A DNA stretch of 64,000 nt, taken from Malacoraja senta. Lineage: Eukaryota. Location of the stretch: NCBI GenBank assembly GCA_038087875.1, contig CM075989.1:17176001-17240000 (forward strand), read 5' to 3'. How positions within the stretch are numbered: position 1 is the stretch's first letter; every line of letters begins with the position of its first letter. Below are positions 1 through 12,839 of this stretch, one piece after another. A model generated the notes under the pieces. The model ran no database searches and was not told the DNA's origin. It was given only the letters and a program-made list of their open reading frames with translations. A program made the position numbers and the translations under genes.

Positions 1-275
1 CCTCAGAATAAAAGGACGTTTTTTTTAGGAAGGAGATGAGGAGGAATTTATTTTGCCAGAGGGTGGTGAATCTGTGGAATCCATTGCCACAGATGGCTGT
101 GGAGGCCAAGTCAATGGATATTTTTTAAGGCAGAGATAGATAGATTCTTAATTACTATGGGTGTCAGAGGTTATGGGGAGAAGGCAGGAGAATGAGGTTA
201 AGAGGCATAGACTGATCAGCCATGATTGAATGCAGAGTAGACTTGAAGGGGCAAATGACCTAATTCTGCTTCTAT
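1..275 (+). mobile_element. CR1/HER1-type LINE 3' end
   Basis: RVVNLWN-type ORF2 end and conserved 3' UTR. Confidence 0.8.
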
Positions 276-1769
276 CCCTCCTAGCCAGTGATTCAATGGT
301 TCATTAATATTGACACTTTTACAACCAAATGCACCACACTTCACACTTCATTTTTTTACTCAACATATAATTGTTTCTTGGTACAAACATAGTGAATTTG
401 GATATTTCCCCTGATTTAGATTTATAGTCATACAGACATACAATGTAGAAACAGGCCCTTCGGCCCAACTTGCCCACACTAACCAACGTATGCCATCTAC
501 ACTGATCCAACAGCCAGCATTTGACCGTAAACCTGTCCTATCTGCCTTATTTGTGTATCTAGCTAATCCAATCCATTTTCCCTCCCTCGGGTATTTGATG
601 CAACAATCTGTACACACGCAGATATTAGTTTTGTTCAGGCATAGATATTCTTGGCAAAAGCAATCAAGCAGCCAAAATGCTTTCCTTTACTGTTTGACAT
701 TTCAAAGGTATTAAATACAGCAGTTCTTCCTGAAATCATTCTCCTTTGGGGAAATGAGCCCAGACACCCAATTGTGAATTCTCACAGTTATCTATTCTTT
801 GTTTACCACCTTGCTAAAACACAGCGCGGCCAAAATATCTACAGTTGTCTGCAGGGAGATACTGTAAGTTTTCCCATTTCCACCATCCTTCTCATTTGTG
901 GTCGTCTCAGGCAATTACTGTCCTTTTGCTTGCTTCAGAATTTCATTTCAGTTATTGGGGTCAATACACAGGGCTTTCGCAGCAACTAAAGTGCACTCTG
1001 CAAAGATTTCTGTGTCAGTAATTACTTTTATATCTCGTGCTAAAGTCCATAGGAAAGGTGCCTCTCTACAATGCATTTCCTCTCTGCATTATGTCTCTGC
1101 CGATCTTTCAGTGAAGCAGTAAGGTGTTCAAGTTTACTTTTCCTCGGGTTACTTACAGCGGGTAATTTCTGGTGAAAAGTGCACATGCTGCTACCGTATG
1201 TAATTGTATTAGCGCTTAAAAGCAGAACACATTGCGGTCAGTCATCATATGTGATTCATTAAACACAACGAAAAGCTCATCAGTCCACTGGTGCCAAAAC
1301 TTCTAGCTTTCATCTTTCAGAGCACGAAGCTTTCTCTTTGGCTGGCTCATGTTTAACCCTATTACACTCATGAATTTATCTAACCTCCTCCTTTTCTGTA
1401 GTTGTTGTAGGTCTAGCTTTCTTCATTTTGTTGATTTCCACAGTTCTGATCTTGTTTTGTTTTTCCACCTTCCGAGTCTCTCTTAATGGAATTAAGAATT
1501 AATCGATTCATCCTCAATGGGCCAAAAAATAACATGGCCACACAATGGACTGAACACCCTGGTTGTACAGGTTAAAAGGAACTGCAGGTGCTTGTTTACA
1601 ACAAAAAAAAGACACTAAGTGCTGGAGTAACTCAGCAGGTCAGGCAGCATCACTGGAGAACATAGATAGGTGACGCTTCGGGTCGGGACGCTTCTTCAGA
1701 TTATAAGGAATGGGGGGAAGGGAAGAACACTGGAATAGAGGAAGAGCAGATCGAACCGTGGCAGGTTAG

Positions 1770-2500
1770 TTGTGCTGCACTGTAGAAACTACTTTGACTG
1801 GCTGCCTCATGACCTGTGGTGATTCCATACACAGGAACACAAGAGGCTACCAGAGAGCATTGGACACATCATGGGCAAAACCCTCCCACCATCAATATGA
1901 GGTGGTGCCTGAAAGTTGGCGTCTATCATCAAAGATCCAGGCCAGGCCCTCTTCGATCTTCAGTTGGGCAGGAGGTACAGAAGCCTGAAGTCCCACAGAC
2001 CAGGTTGAGGAACAGAGCGGGGGTCTTGCCTTCTTCCCCCTCAAGGCTGTGGGAGCTCCCTCCCACCCCCGGGGGCACAAAGACTGAACGGTGGCTGGTC
2101 AAGGAGAGAGATGACAGCTCACTGGCACACGTGAGGATTCGGACTGAGGTGAAAGCTGGAGGCTAAGCAGCAGCATGGGACTTGGGCGCTGGTCCAAGGG
2201 ATCAACTGCACGTCCTGGACGCGGCCTGCAGTGGCACAGACTGGTGGAGGGTACCTACAACTTTGCTTGGCCAGGTCGACCCAGCAACGCCGCCAGGACA
2301 ATGGGCCTTTATGGCCAGCTGCACCTAAAGCAACTTGAACTTTGGAAATGGCGCCAAAACTTGGTGACCCCTGTATATTGTCTCAGTGGACTATTTCTAT
2401 ACACTTTATATTTAATCTGTGTACTGTAATACTTTGCTGAACTGAATTAATTTCACTCTACTTTGGTACATATGACAATAAAGAACCATAGATTCATTCC
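1770..2500 (+). mobile_element. Degenerate Rex1/Babar-type LINE-derived sequence
   Basis: CTVETTLTGC.. ORF-end motif; ATTTCACT..TGACAATAAA tail. Confidence 0.5.
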
Positions 2501-3292
2501 TACAATTGTCCGGTTTATGAACTGATCTACATGTCTTCCACGACCCTAATCCTACTTTGGCAACAGAACACTAGGGTCCACCTCTTGCACTAGTATTGAA
2601 TTGTTTTCTAATTGTGTTTTGCACATATCTTGTTTCTTGCGCAGTGTTTGTACTGTCTTGCAGAATTTTATGGCGCAGTTAAAATAGCTGAACAGTTTGC
2701 TTATAGGTGCAGCTAGTTCTGATGTATTATTGTTCAGTGCTGCAGCTGGGATGTTCTCCATCCCCTTGGCTTTTGTCTTATTCAGCGCTCTCAGTCATTT
2801 CTTTGTATCTCGCAGAGTGAGTTGAATTGGCAAGAGACCAGCTTCTGCGCTTGTGGGGATCTGAGGAGGAAATCGAGATAGTGTGGCGGTACCTGGTGGT
2901 TGGCCGCGGGTAACGAACCCTCGGCTCAGGAGGGAGGAGTTGAGCATCTCGGAGTGGGAGGCGATGGGTCATGGGGTCCGAACCAAGGTATTTAAGGTCG
3001 GGTCACGGGGTTGGAGTTGGAAGCAGCACAGTGCAGTAATAAACACCATTTCATTCACACAACTCGTTTTCGCCTCATTCTTGGCTGCACCTGGAGTCCC
3101 CGCTACAATAGAAATCAAGGAGGAAGTCAATGTCCATCTGTTCAGCCCTTCCGGGTTCCTAATGCTTCATCCTTTCCATTCGCTCTCAGAAGCTGGGCCC
3201 TGCCATCGCTTCACCTCCCTCCATTAGCTGTTCAGATGTGATCGAGCCGCAGGGCTTCAAACTGATCCATTAGTTGTGGGATGACTCTACCC

Positions 3293-3635
3293 GACAGATG
3301 GCGCAATGGGCTAAGTGTTCGGCTGGCAACCGGAAGGTAGCCGGTTCGAATCCCGCTTGGAGTGCATACTGTCGTTGTGTCCTTGGGCAAGACACTTCAC
3401 CCACCTTTGCCTGCGTGTGAATGTGTGTGAATGTGTGTGAGTGATTGGTGGTGGTCGGAGGGGCCGTAGGCGCAGATTAGCAGCCACGCTTCCGTCAGTC
3501 TGCCCCAGGGCAGCTGTGGCTACAGAAGTAGCTCACCACCACCGAGTGTGACTGAGGAGTGAATGAATAATGCGATGTAAAGCGCCTTGAGTATTAGAAA
3601 GGCGCTATATAAATCCCATCCATTATTATTATTAT
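3293..3635 (+). mobile_element. Full-length tRNA-derived SINE with CORE-like block and L2-type tail
   Basis: A box TGGCGCAATGG (3299-3309), B box GGTTCGAATCC (3343-3353), GTGTCCTTGGGCAAGACACTT block, tail TGTAAAGCGCCTTGAG..AAAGGCGCTATATAAAT (ATT)n; possible TSD TACCC. Confidence 0.85.
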
Positions 3636-4569
3636 TACCCTGTCTGTTGCATGCGGGTTTTGCTATGCAGCACACGTTGCCCTGTATTAGGCTGAGACAT
3701 CCTTTAAACATGTGCCTGGCGCTGTCCCCCTTCTACAGTCTCGTACATTTGCCTCCCCATCCCTCCTGTCAAAACTTCACTCTGGTCTGCATTTAATTCC
3801 ATCTGCCACCCATCTGCCCTTCCATCCACACAATTGCACTCGATTGACATAATCCTGATGGAAACGATAACAAAGAGCAGAAGTAGGTTGAAGAGCAAGA
3901 AAATATTTTTTTATGGCATTTGGGATGTTAGAGCAGACAATATAAAGTATGTGTAGCAGAACAAATATCCCAACCTTACTGCAGAAGCCAGATTGGGTGA
4001 GAGCAAAAGCCAGACACATCAAGCAGGACAATGCTGATGGAGATGTCTAAGGAAGATTGTTGTTGCCTGAGAACCAGGCTCTGGAATAGCTACAGGGCGC
4101 ACACAAGATGGGTGGCACAGTGGCGCAGCAAGAAGAGCTGCTGCCTCACTGCTCCAACGACCCAGGTTCAATCCTGATCTCCAGGGCTGTCTGTGTGAAG
4201 TGCGTATATTCCCTTTATGACTGAGTGGCTTTCCTACAGGTGCACCGGTTTCCTCCAACATCTCAAAGATTTGCAGAATGATAGGTTAATTGGTGTGGGT
4301 TGGAGGTAATTGGCAGAATCTGGGGAGATTTAATGGAATGTGAGGAGAATAAAATGGATTAGAGTAGGGGTGAAGTTGGTGGGCTGAAGGAACTGTCTTC
4401 ACGTTCTATCTCTCTGTGAGCTAAAATGAGTCCAGCTTTATTCCGAAAAAACAATTAACCTCTGCGTGATGCAGGGAGGAGGTGGGAAACAAGTGAGAAA
4501 TGTAGCAAAAGGCCTGTTGAGTACAAATGACTCCTGGAAGAATGTGGCATTGATTAACTGAGTGAAATG

Positions 4570-4843
4570 GGGCACAGTTTACAGCGCCAGAGACCCAGGT
4601 TCGATCCTGATTACAGGTGCTGGCTGTGCTGAGTTTGTACGTTCTCCCTGTGATGGCGTGGGTTTTCTCTGGGTGCTCTGGTTTCCGCCCACATTACAAA
4701 GCCGTACAGGGTTGCAGGTTAATTGGCCTCTGTAAATTGTTCCACGGGTAGGATCAAACTTGTGTATGGGTGAATGCTAGTCGGTGCAGACTCGGTGGGC
4801 CGAAGGACCTGTTTCCACGCTGTATCTCAAAACTAAACTAAAC
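4570..4843 (+). mobile_element. HE1-type V-SINE
   Basis: B box GGTTCGATCC, V-domain GTTTGTACGTTCTCCC..GGTTTCC, (CTAAA)n tail; older copy at about 4110-4420. Confidence 0.8.
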
Positions 4844-6099
4844 TGAATGAAGGGGATGTTTCGTCAAGATTTGATACTGATCAATGGCAGAGACTGCATC
4901 TCAGGTTGGTCAAAAAGTGATAACTGAATGTCTCTGTGTTGGTCAAAAAATGCTTACGTATGGCGTGTACGTGTAACCTTAAAATTGGATGATAAAGATC
5001 ACATGTGACTAGGTTTGGGGTATATTAACCATTATACCAGTTGTGATTTTTAAACCATTCCAGAAGTGGGTGATTGGCTTTGCGTGTGTTCAGATAAACA
5101 GTGAAAAAAGGAACTTGAGTCTTGATGGATCACTATGGGTGCCGAGGGTGAATGAGTTCCAATGGAAAAGGGAACGTGTTTCTCTGTAATTGTATGGAAG
5201 ATGTAAGATTAACAGGTGCCAGATAGGATTTAATCAGCCAGCCTGAGTGGGGTAAAGGCCGAAAATCTCCAGTGGCAATATTCACCTGCTCTGCTGACAG
5301 CATAGATGATATTAAGTAGCTCGAGGTCATGGTTCATGACTAGATGGGGGAAATTAGATGTCTGAACTGGTAAATATCAGAAAATCACAGAAGGTGGTTT
5401 GAGAAACCTTCTTCAGATCATGAGCTTGATTGGCTGTATTGTTCTCTGCCTTGCTTTTATGCTGTTGCCATGGGAATTTCTGACTGCCAGGCATTCATTG
5501 GAGTGCATGCCATATCTGACTGGAGTTGATCAATGAGATCTCGCAAATGCATTAAGTATTAAAGGCAATGTTGCCAGGGTACACAATGAACTGAGCTCAC
5601 CATTAATATAAACTTCTTGTTGTAATAGATAGTAATCACATGCAACAGGATACAAGCAGATGATCTGAACAGCACTGATATGCAGTAGGACGTTTGGGAT
5701 TAGGCAGCTCAAAGTGAATTCTGTATTCATTATTTCTCAGCAATATGGACATATCACCGGCAGCCAGAATTTCATATGATCAAAGGTCAAATCACAAAGC
5801 ATTCATTGTGAAGATCATTTGTTCTGCTTGTTTTCAATTCGTTCCTTGTTACAGGGAAGATAGTGTGCAAGTAAACTGGCCAGTTGCTGTGTCTTGGGAC
5901 TGGAGAACTGTGTCTCTTACCAACGTCAACAGATGCATCACAGAAAGCACACCGTGTAGGAAGGGAACTGCAGGTGCTAGTTTAAACCGAAGATAGACAC
6001 AAAAAACTGGAGTAACTCAGCGGGTCCGACAACATCTCTGGAGAAAAGGAATCGGTGACATTTGGGGTCGACACCCTTCTTCAGACAGGGTCAGAAAGC

Positions 6100-6325
6100 A
6101 TACTGAAAGCATACTGTCAAGTTGCATCACAACTTGGTTTGGGAACAGCTCTGCCCGAGACGGCAAGAAATTGCAGAGAATTGTGGATGTAGCCCAGTCC
6201 ATCACACAGACTAGACTCCCCACCACTGACTCCATCGACACCTCACACTTTCTCAGAAACGGCAGCCAACATAATCAATGCCTTGCCGCACCCCGATCAT
6301 TCCTTCTTCTCCCTGCTCCCGTCTG
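6100..6325 (+). mobile_element. Rex1/Babar-type LINE ORF C-terminal fragment
   Basis: ESILSSCITTWFGNSSARDGKKLQRIVDVAQSITQTRLP. Confidence 0.75.
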
Positions 6326-6751
6326 GAGTTTATTTTTATGCACAAGTATGGTGAGTTAGCGGTACATCGAAAATCTTGCTTACAGCAGCATCATAGGCAC
6401 AGAGTCTCAGATAAACTCACAAAAATACACAAGGGCCTGACTGGCCCTTTCTCGCCGCCACTTTATTTCCACCCTTCCCCTTCAGTCTGAAGACGGGTTC
6501 CGACCCGAAATGTCACCTGTTCGTTCTCTCCAGAGATGCTGCCTGACGCATCGAGTTGCACGCAGCATCTTGTGTCTATCTTCACACAAAAACATGAGTT
6601 ATATATAAATTCTACCAGACAGTAAAAGGATAGCTGTGCAAAAAAATATTAGTGCAAAATGCAATTAGAAAACAGGATAATCATCGTGCAAGAGGTGGTC
6701 CACAGTGTTCCATTCCAGATGTAGGATTAGGGTTGTGTGAGGTGGTTCAAG

Positions 6752-7500
6752 AAACATAGAAAATAGGTGCAGGAGGAGGCCATTCAGCCCTTCGAGCCAG
6801 CACCCTTGTGATCATGTGATCATGGCTGATCGTCCCCAATCAATAACCCGTGCCTGCCTTCTCCCCATATCCCTTGATTCCACTAGCCCCTAGAGCTCTA
6901 TCTAACTCTCTCTTAAATCCATCCAGTGATTTGGCCTTCACTGCCCTCTGTGGCAGGGAATTCCACAAATTCACAACTCTCTGGGTGAAAAAGTTTTTTC
7001 TCACCTCAGTCTTAAATGGTCTCCCCTTTATTCTAAGACTGTGGCCCCTGGTTCTGGACGCGCCCAACATTGGGAACATTGTTCCTGCATCTAGCTTGTC
7101 CAGTCCTTTTATAATTTTATATGTTTCTATAAGATCCCCCCTTATCCTTCTAAACTCCAGTGAATACAAGCCTAGTCTTTTCAATCTTTCCTCATATGAC
7201 AGTCCCGCCATCCCAGGTATCAATCTCGTGAACCTATGCTGCACTGCCTCAATCACAAGGATGTCCTTCCTCAAATTAGGAGACCAAAACTGTACACAAT
7301 ACTCCAGATGTGGTCTTACCAGAGCCCTATACAACTGCAGAAGAACCTCTTTACTCCTATACTGAAATCCTCTTGTTATGAAGGCCAACATTCCATTAGC
7401 TTTCTTCACTGCCTGCTGTACCTGCACGCCAACTTTCAGTGACTGGTGTACAAGGACACCCAGGTCTCGCTGTACCTCCCCCTTACCTAACCTAACCCTA
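6752..7500 (-). mobile_element. CR1/HER1-type LINE, 5'-truncated, ORF2 C-terminus still open (ORF 6840-7427)
   Basis: LYRALVRPHLEYCVQFWSP..RLGLYSLEFRRIRGDLIETYK..FFTQRVVNLWNSLP. Confidence 0.92.
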
Positions 7501-7649
7501 AGACCAAGAACGTGATGGTGGTGGGAAAGTCACTGTTCTTGAGCCAGGGACGTCAGGCTTCTGTACCTCCTGCCCGACGGCAGCAGCGAGAAGAGGATAA
7601 TAATAGCAAAAGTGACATCCAAGTCAGTCAATTAAAGCACCACAGGCAG

Positions 7650-7655
7650 TTTATT
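7650..7655 (-). promoter_or_regulatory. Candidate distal poly(A) signal for ADAMTS17
   Basis: Minus-strand AATAAA at the end of an AT-rich unique block (about 7600-8150), followed by GT/T-rich sequence. Confidence 0.3.
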
Positions 7656-8244
7656 TGATGAAAATAAATTTAATATGAAATGTTTCGCAAAATATTCTTC
7701 CATTAACGGGAGGAAGGCTGCCTGGAATCATTAGTCTTGTTACAATTTCTCAAGCATTTTCCATATTCTCTGCCTCATGAAAAACCATAAATATACTGTA
7801 GGTCATCGATACAGCACCTGTGTTGGCAAAACTGCCAACATGACATTTCAGTCTGCAATAAAAAGCTAGTCATAATGGATATATCTCAGTATCACATTAT
7901 GCTAATGCAAGCAAGCACCTTCCGACAGAGATTATTGTTCTAATAAGATAGCACCATGTGGAATATAGTGACAGTCACTAGTACATTTAATATTTAACAG
8001 TACAATTATACATTGCCTACTGTGTAAAACAGAAATAAAACGAGTCATCGTTGCAAAAAATAGCACCACTAAAATAAACAGCAAGTAAAATTGCAGCAAA
8101 TAAGCTCTGCCACACACAGAAAGGGTATAACCTTTTCACCATTGATAGCTGACGGGTTTGAGGAGGGCTCATTGGTTCAGCTGAGTCGCACATCTACGTG
8201 GGTTGTGTAAGGTGTGAATCCTTAACAGGCTGAGAAGCAATGGA

Positions 8245-8470
8245 AGATAGGCACAAAATGCTGGAGTAACTCAGCGGGACAGGCAGCATCTCTGGAGAGA
8301 AGGAACGGGTGACGTTTTGGATCGAGACCCTTCTTCAGACTGAGAGTCAGGGGAGAGGGAGACTAGAGATATGGAAGGGTAAGGTGTAAAAACAACAGAT
8401 CAAAGCAGACGACGATGAAGGAAATGTATAATGGTTCATTGTTAGCTGAGGGGAAGGTGACGACGAGGCT
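8245..8470 (-). mobile_element. Penelope-like 3' terminal fragment
   Basis: Reverse complement of the 3' part of the 42195-42722 element. Confidence 0.7.
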
Positions 8471-8940
8471 CAATAGTTGGAGGTCTGTCTCTTTACCTAG
8501 TTTCTGTGATTAGCTGACTGTGGTAAATCTTCCTGATACAAGCTCCCAACATGCTACACTCAGTGCCAGAAGATGGAAATGGAAAATTTACGCTCTTACC
8601 TTTATCTCATATTAATTAAAAAAAACACACTGTAAAAATCAAGATTTCAGCTGCCAATAGACACAAAGTGCTAGAGTAACTCAACTGGTCAGGCAGCATC
8701 TCTGTAGAAAAGGAATAGATGACGTTTTGGGTTGGAACCCTTCTTCAGCTATGTTCGAATTGTGTATGGGAATACTTATAGTTGTAGGTCTGTGGTACAT
8801 GTGAGGGTACATGTCGATCAGCTTACATGTATATGTTGTATGTGTTGTGTGTAAATTAATGCTTTGTGCGTTTGGAGTGTGTATTACTATTGATGTATTC
8901 ATTGTGTACGTGTAAATTGCAGGTGTATATGTTGCATGTA

Positions 8941-9148
8941 GATAGACACAAAAAGCTGGAGTAACTCAGCGGGTCAGACAGCATCTATGGAGAAAAGGAA
9001 TAGGTGACGTTTCGGGTTGAGACCCTTCTTCAGACCCAAAATGTCACCCATTCTTTTTCTCCAGGGATGCTGTCTGTCCTGCTGAGTCACTCCAGCTTTT
9101 TGTGGCCATCCTCGGTTTAAACCAGCATCTGCAGTTCCTTCCTACACA
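8941..9148. mobile_element. Palindromic Penelope-derived repeat with minimal hammerhead core (minus strand, 9003-9036)
   Basis: Inverted arms of about 75 bp; minus strand GGT CTGAAGA A GGGT CTCA ACCC GAAA CGTC ACC. Confidence 0.75.
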
Positions 9149-9944
9149 TATATGTTGCATGTGTCATTGCAATGTTCTGTGTGAGTTAGTTTTGTGTGTG
9201 TGTGTTGTGTGGGTCAGTGCATGTGTCTGTGAAGTGTATGATATGATTCAGGGTAGGGTCATCTGAGTGTGCGTGTGTGTGTGGGCTGCCTACCGCTGTT
9301 TGGTACATGAGTCTTTGTGTGTATACTGCAGGGAATGGCAGCAGCCATAATGTCCTGCACTCATGACCCTGAGAATAATCCTGACCTCTAAAGCAGTCTG
9401 ACATGTTTCTGAGGCTGCAGGAGGTTACAGGTCTCACTGAGGACAAGGAACACAGTCCACTAAGCAGTGTGGTTTCAGGGGAAATGGACTTCCAAAAGCC
9501 GGCCGTTTTGAGTGTAAATGGACCGCAGGAATCTCAGATCAGCAAGTTAAATATCAGGCTGAAGATGGGGTTTTCCGACTTGTTCTATTATTGCTATTAT
9601 CTGGGGAATTTAGTGCCAGAATATGCTAGCAAAAAGTAAAATCTGCAGAAAATTGGAAATATGCTCAATATTGGTCCACTTCAGTTGATTTTCCAAATGC
9701 ACAACAATTCTTTTGCAATTGTTTGCCCGTAGTCAGCTGTCTCTCAGGGAACAGCGAAGCTCTGTTCCATTGAACTTTATTCAATGTTTAATGGGCCCTG
9801 CTGGATATATGTGCCATTGGCGTGAGGTATAACTGGATCCCCCTTGCTCCAGTGAGCACAGTACTGGCTCAGACCCACCCAGGGACACAGGTGAGAAGGA
9901 ATTGTGCTGGGAGGAAATGCAGATGCTACAGTAGTTTACAGTAG

Positions 9945-10222
9945 CCTGAAGACTGCAACAACCAGGTTCAGGAATAGCTACTTCCCCACAGCCATCAGGC
10001 TATTAAACCTGGCTCGGACAAAACTCTGATTATTAATATCCCATTATCTGTTATCTGCACTTTATCAGTTTATTTATTCATGTGTGTATATATTTATATT
10101 ATGGTATATGGACACACTGATCTGTTTGTAGTAAATGCCTACTATGTTCTGTGTGCTGAAGCAAAGCAAGAATTTCATTGTCCTATCAGGGACACATGAC
10201 AATAAACTCACTTGACTTGACT
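9945..10222 (+). mobile_element. Rex1/Babar-type 3' tail
   Basis: TTRFRNSYFPTAIRLLN end; TGACAATAAAC (TTGAC)n tail. Confidence 0.7.
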
Positions 10223-10239
10223 GAAGATAAACAATAAAT

Positions 10240-10555
10240 GTGAAGTAACTTAGCGTGACAGGCAGCATCTCTGAGTAGAAGGAATGGGTGACATTTTGGG
10301 TCGAGACCCTTCCTCAGACAGAATCAGGGGAGAGGGAAAGGAGAGATATGGAAGGGTAAGGTGTGAAAATGAGAGATCAAAGGGGACAAAGTTCAAGGAA
10401 AATGTAGAATAGATCATTATTAGCTAGGGAAAGGTAACAATGAGACAAACAATGTAAAATTTAATCAGGAGGACAGTCAGACTGGTCAGAGAACTAGGAT
10501 GGGGGAGGGATGGGGAGAGAGGGAAAGCAAGGATTATTTGAAGTTAGAGAAATCA
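10240..10555 (-). mobile_element. Penelope-like 3' terminal fragment
   Basis: Homologous to about 42400-42700 in reverse orientation. Confidence 0.7.
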
Positions 10556-10905
10556 AAGAATAAGGAATTTCATTGACTAGTGAATTGTTTGACTATTTCC
10601 CTGTCCCACTGTGAATCATTAGAGAAGGGTCCTGCCCCATCATATTAACCCGTCCAAGATGGACTCTTTTAAAAAGCCAATATTTTGAAGTGCAACTAAA
10701 TTTATTCTGGACAAAGTCTCCGTTAAAAGAGCTATCAAAATATTTTAAAGAGTCATCCATCTTGTCGCTATGGTTTTGGTGTCCAATAAGTGGAGTCCCA
10801 CGCGTTTTGGAGCAGAATGTGAGTTACTGTGACAGACCACACATGTACATGCAGATGGTGAAATCTTCATCGTTCACATATAAGAAGGGTCACACTCACT
10901 CAGAA

Positions 10906-11205
10906 GGGGTGGCAAGGTGGCTCAGCGGTAAAGTTGCTGCTTACAGAAACCCGGGTTCAATCCTGACTATGGGTGCTGTCTGTATGGAGTTTGTATGTTC
11001 TTCTTGTGACCTGCGTGGGATTTCTCCAGCTGTCCGCTTTCCTCCCACACTCCAAAGACGTACAGGTTTGTTGGTTAATTGCCTTCTGTATAATTGTCCT
11101 TAGTGTGTGTAGGATAGGGTAATTGTGTGGGGATCACTATTTGGCGTTGACTCAGTGGGCCAAAGGGCCTGTTTTCACTCTGTATCTCTAAACTAAAATA
11201 CTAAA
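10906..11205 (+). mobile_element. HE1-type V-SINE
   Basis: A and B boxes, V-domain, HER1-type tail. Confidence 0.82.
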
Positions 11206-12663
11206 CGGGAGGGTAGACCTGACCAGAGAGATCAGTACATTTGGGCGCTGATTTGTTCCCCTTCCCCTGCAGCCCTGCAGTGCTCAGCACTCCAACTGTG
11301 TCATCTGCGCGTGGTACTAGGGTACACCAGCTTGCACCTAACAGCAATGGCCTCAACACAAGCAGGAGCATTGGGCACTAGACAGGTACGCCTACAGTCC
11401 CGTACACCAGCTGTGGTGCATCTAATGGCAGATTGCTGAGCAGTGTTGTCCCGTATTACTACCTGAAGTTGGAGCTTCCCAGACAGTTGCTTCTAATCAC
11501 CACCAGAGTGTAAATCCGACTCACAGAGACTGCTGCCTCTTCTTCTCATGGATCCATTAAGTTACACACAGGCTTCGCACTACTTATGACTGATGGTATT
11601 TTATTCTTACATGTACCGAGGTGCAGTGAATTTCCTTTTTGTATACTATTCGGAGATATGTAATGAACTGTGTACAAATATGAATTTCACTGCTCCTCAG
11701 TACGGCGTGTGGGAGGGGGCTCCGTGAGGAGGGGGAAGAACAAAGGAGGATCTGGCATGGGGGGACCACTGTGAGGGAGAACAAGGGAGGACCTGGCGCG
11801 GGATACTTTGTAACTTTATGACAGCGCCCTTTATGTGGCAACTATTTGCATACCTTGGGTTTGCAAAACAAAGAGTTTCACTGTGACTTGTCACGAGACA
11901 ATAAAGTATTCATTCATTCATTCATTCATTCACATGTGATAATAAAGTATCATTAGCCATGTCCATAACGAAGGTTGACTGGCCTAAAGGTAAAAAGTAA
12001 TGAAAAGGTTAAAGAGAATCGTTCAAGTTTGCCTTTGCGTTGCTACAAACTACATTGCTACTCTTTGCTATTAATGAAGATATCAAGTTGCAAATTCTCA
12101 TGAAGCGAGTGGTTTGATCGATAGTCTGGATGTCAAGGCTTCTTATTACATTATTCATATTTTCCAGAACTATGAGAGGGATAACAAACAGTGAGTTGAG
12201 ATTCTAGACACATCTCCACCTGAAGGTGCGTGGAAGGGATAGATTTTCCTGCTCCTTCATTGTCCTTTGCTTTCCGCTGGAAATGGTTCCAGTGCACAAT
12301 ATTAACTCTACAAAAATGCAGTGAGAGACAGTAAACGTCATTTCCCGTTGGTGAGAAAGGAGTTACTGTTTACTTCCCTCACTGATCGGAGCCATGCGGT
12401 TGATGTTGCAGTGATAGGCAAGTGCAGAACCCATCAACGTGGGCTCTCGGGTAGGTCACTGGCTCAGCTTCTGACACTGTAACAGTAGCTCACGCGGTAC
12501 ATCCCCAAAATGGCGGGGTGCGTTTGCAGAGTGTGGGCAAGGATGGTGTGGAGCCTGCAGCTTCCCAAGCACCGCTCTCTTCCAGTTAAAAATAAAAATC
12601 CGTGCATCCCCCGATTCTGTACGGGATGAAACGGGGAAGAAAAAAAACTCTTCTTCAGTTATC

Positions 12664-12839
12664 TCATTGCTTCGATAATACCTGCGACTCACTGCTACGC
12701 CACGGCTTGTTTGCGTAGAAGTCCTTGCAGGTCTGGCAGCAGCGTCGGTACCAGCGCAGGTCTTGGCACAGGTTCTTCTCGCGGATGAGTCTGCAGTACA
12801 CTGCCCAGTCATCTCCCAGGCACTTGTATGTTAGGGCAG
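12664..12839 (-). CDS. ADAMTS17: ADAMTS17 terminal coding exon, PLAC domain: (A)[57 protein letters not shown]
   Basis: 176 nt to TGA; acceptor tggcAG; PLAC cysteine pattern C...C...C...CCxxC. Confidence 0.93.

Noticed and set aside
2778..3241. GC-richer block with several ORFs as exons of a neighbouring gene
   Set aside because: No recognisable protein similarity or consistent splice-site pair
3293..3365. tRNA gene
   Set aside because: Has A/B boxes and an anticodon-like arm but no acceptor stem or terminator, and continues into a SINE body
6840..7427. 195-aa ORF as a host gene or active RT
   Set aside because: Only the C-terminal part of CR1 ORF2 in a 5'-truncated copy; same for 48954-49445
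12456..12812. 118-aa minus-strand ORF over the last exon
   Set aside because: Wrong frame; the PLAC frame ends at TGA 12664. A CAG|GTATTA cryptic donor near 12682 has no identifiable downstream exon
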